Shown: in pieces, positions 50,043 through 58,068 of the stretch | How positions within the stretch are numbered: the first letter of the stretch is position 1 | Layout: each line of letters begins with the position of its first letter | NCBI GenBank assembly: GCA_964407925.1 | Contig: CAYOXM010000004.1 | Span: 12,389-76,388 of the forward strand | Origin: an uncultured Gammaproteobacteria bacterium | GTDB taxonomy: Bacteria; Patescibacteriota; Patescibacteriia; SG8-24 | Reading direction: 5' to 3' | Length of the DNA: 64,000 nucleotides | The notes under the pieces: model-generated | Told to the model about the DNA's origin: nothing | The model's database searches: none | What the model saw: only the letters and a program-made list of their open reading frames with translations | Translations under genes and position numbers: made by a program

Positions 50043-51431
50043 TCACGGAAACAGGTCTTCGGCGAGTTTTGCCGCCATGTCGCGATGCGGCGAGAAGGCG
50101 ATCTCGACCGAGGCCACGCGACTCGGCCGAATGCGCATCGCGCAGACTTCGCCGCGGTCCTGGCCGTCGACGAACGCGCGGATCGGACGCTTCCGGAAAT
50201 CGAGCGATGCGATCTCGACCGACGAATCGAGCGAGAGCGGCGCCGACTTCCAGCCGCGCGGCGAGAACACGTTGTTGCCGACGATGAGCCAGCCGCGCGT
50301 GTCGACGAGGAGCGGCGTCGCGCCCATCGAGCGCGCGTAACCGGTGGAACCGGCCGCGGTGCTCACGAGCGCGCCATCCGCGACGAGCTTTTCGATGCGC
50401 GCGTGGCCGTCGACTTTCACCTCGAGCCAGGCGCACTGCCCGGTGCCGCAGGCGACCCACGCGTCGTTGAACGCGTAGGAGCCGAAACGGTCGCCGCGCA
50501 GGTCCTGGCACTCGACGTAAAGCTGCGGGAGCTGCTGCACGCGGAGACTGTCGAAGAAGAAGCCGGGATCCTGCAGGTCGTCGTCGATCTCGTTCAGCAG
50601 ATATCCGCGGTGTCCCGCGTTCAGCCCGACGAACGGCAGGCGGCGACGCCAGTGCTTGCGGATGGCCCGCAGCATGGTGCCGTCGCCGCCGATGGCGACG
50701 AAGCAGTTGGCCGAATCTTCCGTCGTCGCGATGCCGGACAGCCGTTCTGCCAGCGCCTTCGCGCGCGGATTGCGCTCGTCGACGAAGACGAACGGTCGCG
50801 GGTCACCGAGGCGCAAGGTCGTCGTCTGCGACGGCGTGCCGCCGCGGTACAGGTTGTACCGCTCCATGTAGGCCGCGACCTCCGGGACGACCCGGTCGGC
50901 ATACGGTTGCCGCCGGAACGCCCGTTCGCGGACGTCAGTGCTCGAACCGCCGTTCATGCCGTCGATCACGATGCGCTGCGGCGGGAGGTCTGCGGGGTTG
51001 CAGGGGAAGTCGTTGCGCGTCATCACGACGAAGCGGCAGGTACGCCACAGGCGCTCCCCCTCCTCCCACTGCCGCTGGATGGGCGACTGCCCGTCCTTGC
51101 CGCCGGCAATCAGGTCCGTGCCGACCACGTGCCAGATTTCGCCGCCTTCTCGCAAACCGTACAGCTCGTCGAGCCGGTGGGTCTTCGTGAAGGTGGCGTG
51201 CTCGAGGTCGAACAAGTCGACCTGCGCCTTGGGGATGCCGCGGAAGGTCAGGTCCGCCATCACCGCCCGATGGACGGGCTCGATGTCGTTGGTCTGCTCC
51301 TTGTCCGGGCGCGGCCCGCACGGGATGACGATGATCTTTTCGAAATGCGGGACGAGCGCCGCGGCGACGTCGCGATGATGCGCCGCCGACGGGTTGAAAC
51401 TCCCGCCGAACAGGGCGACTTTTGCGGTCAT
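50043..51431 (-). CDS. Fused nicotinate-nucleotide adenylyltransferase (NadD-like) and NAD kinase
   Basis: N-terminal FGGSFNP, VGTD, SSTDVR and YMERYNLY. C-terminal GGDGTML, NAGHRGYL, ND and STAAGSTGY. Confidence 0.9.
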   Translation of the reverse strand: MTAKVALFGGSFNPSAAHHRDVAAALVPHFEKIIVIPCGPRPDKEQTNDIEPVHRAVMADLTFRGIPKAQVDLFDLEHATFTKTHRLDELYGLREGGEIWHVVGTDLIAGGKDGQSPIQRQWEEGERLWRTCRFVVMTRNDFPCNPADLPPQRIVIDGMNGGSSTDVRERAFRRQPYADRVVPEVAAYMERYNLYRGGTPSQTTTLRLGDPRPFVFVDERNPRAKALAERLSGIATTEDSANCFVAIGGDGTMLRAIRKHWRRRLPFVGLNAGHRGYLLNEIDDDLQDPGFFFDSLRVQQLPQLYVECQDLRGDRFGSYAFNDAWVACGTGQCAWLEVKVDGHARIEKLVADGALVSTAAGSTGYARSMGATPLLVDTRGWLIVGNNVFSPRGWKSAPLSLDSSVEIASLDFRKRPIRAFVDGQDRGEVCAMRIRPSRVASVEIAFSPHRDMAAKLAEDLFP

Positions 51432-51590
51432 TGCGCACCTCTTGGATGGAGGTCAAGGAACGTTTGCCGCAAGCGACATGCTTGCGGCAAGAGAGCTTGC
51501 GCCGACGCCGCCGTCAGCGGAAATTCTCTGAAAAGATATCCGAGGACGGACCGCGCACGGCGGTCCGCCCCGGGGTCGTGACGAAAGGGA

Positions 51591-52376
51591 TCACTTTGCC
51601 GCGAGCTGGTCGGCGACGATGATGCGCACGCCGGCGTCTGCCATGAGCAGCGTCATCTTCTCCTCGAGGCCGGGAATCGGCACCGAGCGCGTCGCGTCCT
51701 TGATGACGCAGACCTCGAAGCCGCGCTTGGCGAAACCGAGGGCGCTGTAGCCGACGCAGTGGGTGAAGGCGTTGCCGTCCATGAAGACGCGCTTCACGCC
51801 CTCGTCCCGCATCTGCTCCGCAAGACCGGTCGTCCTGCCGAGGTTGTCGCTCTCGGCGCTGTACGAGTCGCACAGCGGGTCGTACCCCTTGAGGAGCACG
51901 AGACGGAAACCGAGGTCGCGGAGCGCGGGATGGAGCTCGGCCTCTTCGGAACCGATCCCGCCGTGCTCCGGCCAGAGCGTCTGCTTCTTGTCGGTCGTCC
52001 CCTCGAGGTAGTGCATCAGGTCGAACAGGCTGATGCCTGCCGCGCGAATGACGGCGGACGGATCCGTGCCGTCATTGATCCAGCCGAGCACGCGGTCGAG
52101 GGTGAGGTCGTCGTACGGCTTGAAGCCGACGTACGACGACACCCAGGAGACGTGCCCTCGCGGATGCTGGTCGAGCGAGGCGAACCGCCGCTCGACCGGG
52201 AAGAACGACGTATTCCGGAGGACGACGGGGAGAATCTCGTGGCCGCCGGGTACCGGGAGCCCGCCGCCTTTGACCGGCTTTCCGTCCCAGGAATGGTCGG
52301 GCATGAAAGCGGTCTGGACGTCGGTGTGAAGGATTGCATCGGTCTCCGGATCGATGACGATTGTGCCGTTATGCAT
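51591..52376 (-). CDS. pncA: Nicotinamidase
   Basis: DVQTAF, GGGLPV, DQHP..H, WPEH, KG, SYSA and HCV (Asp-Lys-Cys triad). Confidence 0.88.
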   Translation of the reverse strand: MHNGTIVIDPETDAILHTDVQTAFMPDHSWDGKPVKGGGLPVPGGHEILPVVLRNTSFFPVERRFASLDQHPRGHVSWVSSYVGFKPYDDLTLDRVLGWINDGTDPSAVIRAAGISLFDLMHYLEGTTDKKQTLWPEHGGIGSEEAELHPALRDLGFRLVLLKGYDPLCDSYSAESDNLGRTTGLAEQMRDEGVKRVFMDGNAFTHCVGYSALGFAKRGFEVCVIKDATRSVPIPGLEEKMTLLMADAGVRIIVADQLAAK

Positions 52377-52495
52377 CGGACGTTCCTTTCGTGGTGGAAG
52401 GAGCTGATATCCGCCGACTTTGGCGAAAAAACGCGAAGGCGGATAACGCCGAACGCTATCGCGTTTCTGACCTTCCGTCAAGGCGGCCGACCGCC

Positions 52496-53167
52496 TTAAA
52501 AGAGCGCGATGTCCGCCTTCCTGCGCGACCGGAAACGGTACAACGCCGCGGGACGATGCGCGCCGCCGCGATCACGCTTTCCGGTATCGGCGAGAAGGTC
52601 GAGGGAGAGGATTTTTTTGCGGAAGTTCCGCTTGTCGAGCGTACGGCCGAGGATGGCCTCGTACGTCGCCTGGAGCGCCGAGAGCGTGAATGCCTCGGGA
52701 AGCAGGCTCCACGCCACGTTCGCGTACTGCAACTTCGCCCGGACGCGCCCGAGCGCGTACCGGAGCATGGACTCGTGGTCGTATGCGAGCCTCGGCAGCG
52801 CGCCGACGGGCCAGAAGCGCACGTCGGCGTACTTCTCGGAGGTACGCAAGCGGACGCCGTCGTGCGGCACGAGCGCGAATGAAGCGATGCTCACCACGCG
52901 GCCGAACGGGTCGCGGCGGGGATCGTCAAACGTGGCGAGCTGCTCGAGGTAGAGGTCGGTGACGCCGGTCTGCTCGCGCAGGATGCGGCGCGCGGCGTCC
53001 TCCGACGTCTCGTCGTCGCCCAGCAGGCCGCCCGGCATCGCCCACCGCCCGGCGAACGGCTTCTTTTTCATCTGGATGAGCAGGACGTGCAGCTCCCCTC
53101 CGCGCACCGTAAAAATGGCGGCATCGACGGCGACCTTGATGTCCTGAGACGAGGGGTGGCGCGGCAT
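52496..53167 (-). CDS. nrtR: Nudix-related transcriptional regulator NrtR
   Basis: Degenerate Nudix box (PGG...ETSEDAARRILREQTG), RDP, LAYDH and winged HTH DKRNFRKK...HRPAALY. Confidence 0.92.
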   Translation of the reverse strand: MPRHPSSQDIKVAVDAAIFTVRGGELHVLLIQMKKKPFAGRWAMPGGLLGDDETSEDAARRILREQTGVTDLYLEQLATFDDPRRDPFGRVVSIASFALVPHDGVRLRTSEKYADVRFWPVGALPRLAYDHESMLRYALGRVRAKLQYANVAWSLLPEAFTLSALQATYEAILGRTLDKRNFRKKILSLDLLADTGKRDRGGAHRPAALYRFRSRRKADIALF

Positions 53168-53176
53168 GGTCGTTAG

Positions 53177-53197
53177 TTAGTGTTCGATGGACGTAAA
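53177..53197. promoter_or_regulatory. NrtR operator
   Basis: TTAGTGTTCGATGGACGTAAA, a 21-bp site with the GT-N7-AC core, overlapping the -10 element and expected start site. Confidence 0.75.
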
Positions 53198-53223
53198 GTA
53201 GCACCACCCGCCCCGGCGGTCAA
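53195..53223 (-). promoter_or_regulatory. Sigma70 promoter of the nrtR-NAD cluster
   Basis: TTGACC-N17-TACTTT with an extended TG. Confidence 0.7.
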
Positions 53224-53262
53224 CCCGCGGCAAAGAAAAAAGGGCCGACGTCGTCGGACCTC

Positions 53263-53907
53263 TCAGTGCGCCGCGCGCGCCGGCACTTCGCCGCCGTTCG
53301 GCAGACAGCAACGGGCGCGCATCCATCCCTTCCCCGCCCCGAAAGCCTCGTGCGGGAACCAGACGACGGCGTCCTGAAGCACCATGCCGCCCCTGCCGAC
53401 CCGGGAATTGCCGCGGACGAAACTCAGCCGAAGCGGCCGCAGTTCCTCCTCGACGACCTGCGCTACGGCAGTCACCGTCAGCGCGCCGAGCAGATGCCGC
53501 TCGTCGCCGCGGGCGCCGCCGTCGACCGCGATGCACGGCGTCGGATCGATTTCCGCCACGGGACGCCGGTCGCGCGTCGTGAGCGCGTCCTTCCCGGGGT
53601 CATAGACGCACCAGGCCGCGCCGAGCAGGTACACGCGCAGCACGAGCGGACCGGTGACGATCACCTGATGGTCAGGCGCGGCCTCGTGGTACTTCCGGAT
53701 GCCCGCCCACTTCTCGTACGACTGCCTGCGGGCGGGGTCGGGCCACGGGACGGCGGCGTCGGACCACGTCGCGACGCCGTTGCCGAAACGCTTCGCGAGA
53801 CGGCCGACGAGCGTCGAGTACGCGCCGAAGACGCGCGCGAAGTTGAACAGCGGACCCTCGACGAGTGCCGCTCCGCCGGAAATGACGTAACGGCTCGGAC
53901 CGGTCAT
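53263..53907 (-). CDS. Hypothetical protein, paralog 1
   Basis: AAAGGA SD; aligns by eye over its full length with 54517..55176. Confidence 0.8.
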   Translation of the reverse strand: MTGPSRYVISGGAALVEGPLFNFARVFGAYSTLVGRLAKRFGNGVATWSDAAVPWPDPARRQSYEKWAGIRKYHEAAPDHQVIVTGPLVLRVYLLGAAWCVYDPGKDALTTRDRRPVAEIDPTPCIAVDGGARGDERHLLGALTVTAVAQVVEEELRPLRLSFVRGNSRVGRGGMVLQDAVVWFPHEAFGAGKGWMRARCCLPNGGEVPARAAH

Positions 53908-54027
53908 GCGCATTCCTTTCGCAAGGAGCTGTCGGTAAGGATGGCAGGATTACCGCCCTTGTCAACGCCCTGTTCCCCTTCCCGCGGCACGATGTTATCA
54001 TCGGCGCACCGCCCTACGGAGAACGCC

Positions 54028-54453
54028 ATGAAAACGAGAGTCGAGGGAAAACGCGTCATCGTGAGCTTGGAGCGCGGCGATGCCGTGCGCGCGTCGGTCG
54101 AGGCCGTCGCCAAGGAGCGCGGCATTCTCGGCGCCGCGGTGACCGCCATCGGCGCGATCGAGAATCCGGAGCTCGGTTTCTACCGGCTCGACGAAAAACG
54201 CTACGAACGCAAGCGGTTCCCCGGCATCTGGGAGCTGGTGAGCCTGCTCGGCAATGTCACGGCGAAGGACGGCGAGCCGTTCATGCACGCGCACGTCGCC
54301 ATCGGCGGTCCGGATTTCGCCGTCTACGGCGGCCACCTCTTCGACGCCACGACCGGCGTCGTCGTGGAGCTCGTCATCGAACCGTTCGACCGCCCGCTCG
54401 AACGCGTCCTCTGCGAGGACATCGGCCTCCACCGCTGGGAGCCGCAACGCTGA
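54028..54453 (+). CDS. PPC/DUF296 domain protein
   Basis: AIGA, ELVSLLGN, HAHV and GGHL. Confidence 0.92.
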   Translation: MKTRVEGKRVIVSLERGDAVRASVEAVAKERGILGAAVTAIGAIENPELGFYRLDEKRYERKRFPGIWELVSLLGNVTAKDGEPFMHAHVAIGGPDFAVYGGHLFDATTGVVVELVIEPFDRPLERVLCEDIGLHRWEPQR

Positions 54454-54457
54454 TACC

Positions 54458-54511
54458 CCCCCGCTGCCGCGGGGGCTTTTTTTAAAAAAACAGCCCCGCA
54501 AAATGCGGGGC
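54458..54511. terminator. Back-to-back terminators between convergent genes
   Basis: CCCCCGC-TGCC-GCGGGGG then T7, and A7 then GCCCCGCA-AAA-TGCGGGGC. Confidence 0.75.
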
Positions 54512-54516
54512 GCCGG

Positions 54517-55176
54517 TCAGTTCGCCTTCTGGTCCGTATCCGCAGGGTCGCCGTCGGGTTCGACGCAGCGCACGCGGACGAAGTCGCGGCCTTTGCCGTA
54601 GACGGCGTGCGGGAACGTCACGTACGCGACGAGCAGCGCGCGTCCGGTGGCGCGATCGACTCGCGGCCCGCTCGCCTCGAAAGCGAGCCCGAGATGCGCA
54701 AGATTCGCCGTGACGATACGGCGCGCGACAGCGATGTCGCGCTCGTCCGCCATGCCGTACTGGTTCGGCCCGATCTGCTCGCCGTAAATGCAGACGACCG
54801 GTTGCGGCTCGAGGTCGGCGACGTCCTCCCCGAGCGGCGTGGTGATGCGTCCGGTCGCGGGATCATGCACGCACCAGGTCTTGCCGAGCAGGTACGCCTT
54901 CACGGTCATCCTGCCCATCACATGCACGAGCGCCTCGTCCACGACCTCGTAGAGTTCCGCCATCCCGTACCAGGCCTTGCGTGCCGTCGCCTTTCCCGGC
55001 TCGGGCCAAGGAATCTTTTTCTGATGCGCCGGGTGGGCCGTCGAAAGCGTCGTCGCGCCGTCAGCGAACTCCTCGGCGAGCGCGCCGACGAGCTCCTCGT
55101 AGGCATCGAGGATGACGTTCAGGTCGAAACGATTTCCCTCAACGAGGGCGTAACCGTGCATCACGCGCGGGTTCAT
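54517..55176 (-). CDS. Hypothetical protein, paralog 2
   Basis: Starts MNPRVMHG after an AAAGGAG SD; it is the C-terminal part of the over-extended 1167-aa ORF. Confidence 0.8.
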   Translation of the reverse strand: MNPRVMHGYALVEGNRFDLNVILDAYEELVGALAEEFADGATTLSTAHPAHQKKIPWPEPGKATARKAWYGMAELYEVVDEALVHVMGRMTVKAYLLGKTWCVHDPATGRITTPLGEDVADLEPQPVVCIYGEQIGPNQYGMADERDIAVARRIVTANLAHLGLAFEASGPRVDRATGRALLVAYVTFPHAVYGKGRDFVRVRCVEPDGDPADTDQKAN

Positions 55177-55255
55177 CGGCGTGCTCCTTTCTTTGGAAGG
55201 GACTTGTCCAAGCTTTGCCCTTTCCGCGAGCCTCGTCAACCCCGCGCCGCAAAAG

Positions 55256-55284
55256 AAAAACCGTCCCGCAATTCTGCGGGACGG
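55256..55284 (-). terminator. Terminator after the PBP gene
   Basis: CCGTCCCGCA-ATTC-TGCGGGACGG with a T tract on the minus strand. Confidence 0.7.
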
Positions 55285-55292
55285 CCTGCCGT

Positions 55293-57923
55293 TCAGAACG
55301 GCGACGAGTCGTCGAAGTTTCCGGTCGGCATGGTGCCGACCATCAGCCGCTGCGGCATCCGCCCGCGCTGGAACGGCATGAGCTCTCCCCACGGCGACCG
55401 CACCAGCGTGACGTCGTCCGGCACGGGGAATTCCCGCGCCGGCGTCTCCGGATGCGCCGCCTTCATGAAGGCGAGCCAGATCGGCAGCGCGACGCCGCCG
55501 CCCGTGGCTTCCTTGATGATGGGCTGCGGGGTCATGCGCCCCACCCAGACGCCGACGACGAGGTCCGTGGTGAAACCCATGAACCAGACGTCGCGGAAGT
55601 CGTTGGTGGTACCGGTCTTCGCGGCGGCGGGCCTCTGGAGCTCGCGCACGCGCCTGCCGGTGCCTTGCTCGACCACGCCCTTCATCAGGTACGTGAGCGC
55701 GTAGGCGTCGCCGGCCGGAACGGCCTGCGGCAGTTTCTCCCTCGGCACGGGGTCGTACCGGTAGAGTTCCTTGCCGTCGGCGTCGAGCACGGACGTCAGG
55801 AAGATGCCCGCCTGCTCCGCGCCGGGATGGCGCGGCATCTGCTTTCCGCCGGACGCGATCGTCGCGTAGGCGTAGGTATGCTCCCACGGCGAGAGCTCGG
55901 CCGAACCGACCGCGAGCGGCAGGACGCGTTCGAGCGGCGACGTGATGCCGACCGTCCGCATCGTGCGGATGACCTCCTCGATGCCGTACTTGTAGGCGAG
56001 GCGGACCGAGACGGAGTTCAGCGAGAGCGCGAGCGCCGTCCGGAGGTTCACCATGCCGTAGTACTGCGTCACCGTGTTCGGGCCGCGGTAATTCTGCGGA
56101 CACCAGATGCCGGACGCCGACGGGTAACAACTCGGCCCGTCGAGCACCGTCTCGTCGACCGTCATGCCGTGCATGAGCCCGGTGAGGTAGACGTAGGGCT
56201 TGATCGACGAGCCCGGCTGCCGGTGCGCCATCGTCGCGGCGTTGTACTGGCTCTCGGTGAAGTCGTAGCCGCCGACGAGCGCCTTGAGCTCGCCGGTGTT
56301 CGGGTCGACCGCGACGAGCGCCGACTGGAGCGCCTCGGGATGATCCGGACCGCTCGTGCGGCGCGCGGCGAGCGCGTAGCGCGTGAGGTTCGGCGTCTTG
56401 CCCTTGGGAGCGCCGACGGTTTCGAGCGTCGCGATCTGGACGGACATCAGGTCGCCGACCGCGACTGCGGCCTTCGCCTTCGCCTCCCATTTCGCGACGC
56501 GCGCGGCATCGTCGGGATGCAGCGGGAACGCGGTCCCGCGGACGCAGACCGTCGGCGTGCCGCCGACCGACGCGACGCGCGCCATTTCGATGGCGCCGTC
56601 GACGACGGGTTCGGCGGGGCCGTTGCAGCCCGCGTACTTGGGATCCTTGCCTTCCGGACCGTTCCAGCCGATGCGCCGCTCGAGATCGATGAGCCCGCGT
56701 CGGACCGCCGATTCGGCCGCCCGCTGCATGCGCATATCGATCGTCGTGCGGACCGTGAGCCCCTTCTCGAAGACGGCTTCGTTGCCGTACATCCGCTTGA
56801 GCTCGCGTCGCACGTGATCGCAGAAGTACGGCGCGGCCGTGCGGTTGAGCGGGTCCTCGTGATAGATCATCACGATCTCCTGGGCGCGGGCCTCGTCGGC
56901 CTGCGCCTGGGTGATGGCCCCGGTCTCGACCATCCGTCCGAGCACGTACGCCTGTCTGGCGCGCGCACGATCGTAGTGGGCGTACGGCGAGTCGCGCGAC
57001 GGCGCGCGGGGCAATCCCGCGAGCAGCGCCGCCTCCGCTACCGTGAGCTGGCTCACGTCCTTCGCGAAATAGGTCTGTGCCGCCGCCTGGACGCCGTAGG
57101 CGCCGTGGCCGAGGAAGACGTGGTTCAGGTAGACCTCGAGGATCTTGTCCTTCGACATCGTCTTCTCGATCTCGACGGCGAGCACGATTTCCTGGAGCTT
57201 GCGACGGTAGGTCTTCTCGTTGTTCTTGAGAATGACCTGTTTGATCGCCTGCTGGGTCAGCGTGGACGCGCCCTGCTTGGTGTCGCCGCTCTCGAAGTTC
57301 ACCGACGCCGCGCGGATGATGGCGACGGGATCGATGCCGGTGTGCGTGTAGAAGCTCTTGTCCTCCGCGGCAATGAACGCCTGGCGGACGTGGTTCGGGA
57401 TGCGTTCGAGCGGCACGCGCACGCGGTTCTCGAGCGTGAACGTGCAGACGAGCTCGTTGTCCGCGGAATATACCTGCGTCGTGACCGGCGGACTGTACGC
57501 GACGAGCGCGTTCAAGTCCGACGGCACGCCTTCGGCGATCTTCTTGCGCGCATAGGGCAGCGAGAGCGAACCGAGGAGCGCGAGGCAGGCGAAGAAGAGC
57601 GCGAGCGACCGGAACAGCGCGAAGCGCTTTCCCGGCAGCTCGATCTTCACGATGCGCCAAAAGATGATGCGACCGAATCGCTTCATCTTCCTGCGCTTCT
57701 CCCTGGGCACGCCGCGGATGCGCCATGCCCAACGGTTCGGCGGACGCGTCCTGTAGGGCGGTCCGGCGAGGAGGGCGAAGGCGGCGAAGGCGACCGCGGC
57801 GGGGACGGAGAGCAGGCTGGTACCGACGAACGACTGAACGTTTCGCCAGACCAGCCATGCGCACAGGCCCGCGCCGCAGAGCCAGAGGACGATTCTCACC
57901 CGACGGGCGAACTGGGGCTTCAT
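55293..57923 (-). CDS. Class A penicillin-binding protein (PBP1A-like)
   Basis: Transglycosylase motifs AEDKSFYTH, GASTLTQQ, RKLQE and YLN; transpeptidase motifs SSIK, SLN and KTG; OB-like insert. Confidence 0.95.
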   Translation of the reverse strand: MKPQFARRVRIVLWLCGAGLCAWLVWRNVQSFVGTSLLSVPAAVAFAAFALLAGPPYRTRPPNRWAWRIRGVPREKRRKMKRFGRIIFWRIVKIELPGKRFALFRSLALFFACLALLGSLSLPYARKKIAEGVPSDLNALVAYSPPVTTQVYSADNELVCTFTLENRVRVPLERIPNHVRQAFIAAEDKSFYTHTGIDPVAIIRAASVNFESGDTKQGASTLTQQAIKQVILKNNEKTYRRKLQEIVLAVEIEKTMSKDKILEVYLNHVFLGHGAYGVQAAAQTYFAKDVSQLTVAEAALLAGLPRAPSRDSPYAHYDRARARQAYVLGRMVETGAITQAQADEARAQEIVMIYHEDPLNRTAAPYFCDHVRRELKRMYGNEAVFEKGLTVRTTIDMRMQRAAESAVRRGLIDLERRIGWNGPEGKDPKYAGCNGPAEPVVDGAIEMARVASVGGTPTVCVRGTAFPLHPDDAARVAKWEAKAKAAVAVGDLMSVQIATLETVGAPKGKTPNLTRYALAARRTSGPDHPEALQSALVAVDPNTGELKALVGGYDFTESQYNAATMAHRQPGSSIKPYVYLTGLMHGMTVDETVLDGPSCYPSASGIWCPQNYRGPNTVTQYYGMVNLRTALALSLNSVSVRLAYKYGIEEVIRTMRTVGITSPLERVLPLAVGSAELSPWEHTYAYATIASGGKQMPRHPGAEQAGIFLTSVLDADGKELYRYDPVPREKLPQAVPAGDAYALTYLMKGVVEQGTGRRVRELQRPAAAKTGTTNDFRDVWFMGFTTDLVVGVWVGRMTPQPIIKEATGGGVALPIWLAFMKAAHPETPAREFPVPDDVTLVRSPWGELMPFQRGRMPQRLMVGTMPTGNFDDSSPF

Positions 57924-58068
57924 TTAAGGCTCCTTGTGCGGTCGTTTTGACGGTAAAAAGGACGTGATTCCCGCGTGGCGGGAACATCACAAGGTAGACC
58001 CTCTTCGTCGAAAAAGTCAACCGGCCGGAGGATAAAAAAGAGCCCCTTTCGTGAAGAAAGGGGCCGTC

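Noticed and set aside
44852-53167. Prophage-borne NAD reconstitution (NARP-type) anti-defence pathway
   Set aside because: No phage genes are present. The set is the deamidating PncA/PncB/NadD/NadE route with NrtR, not the two-gene phage pathways.
54517-58020. 1167-aa minus-strand ORF
   Set aside because: Its first ~950 aa overlap the PBP gene in another frame and cross a terminator. Only the C-terminal 219 aa, with its own SD, look real.
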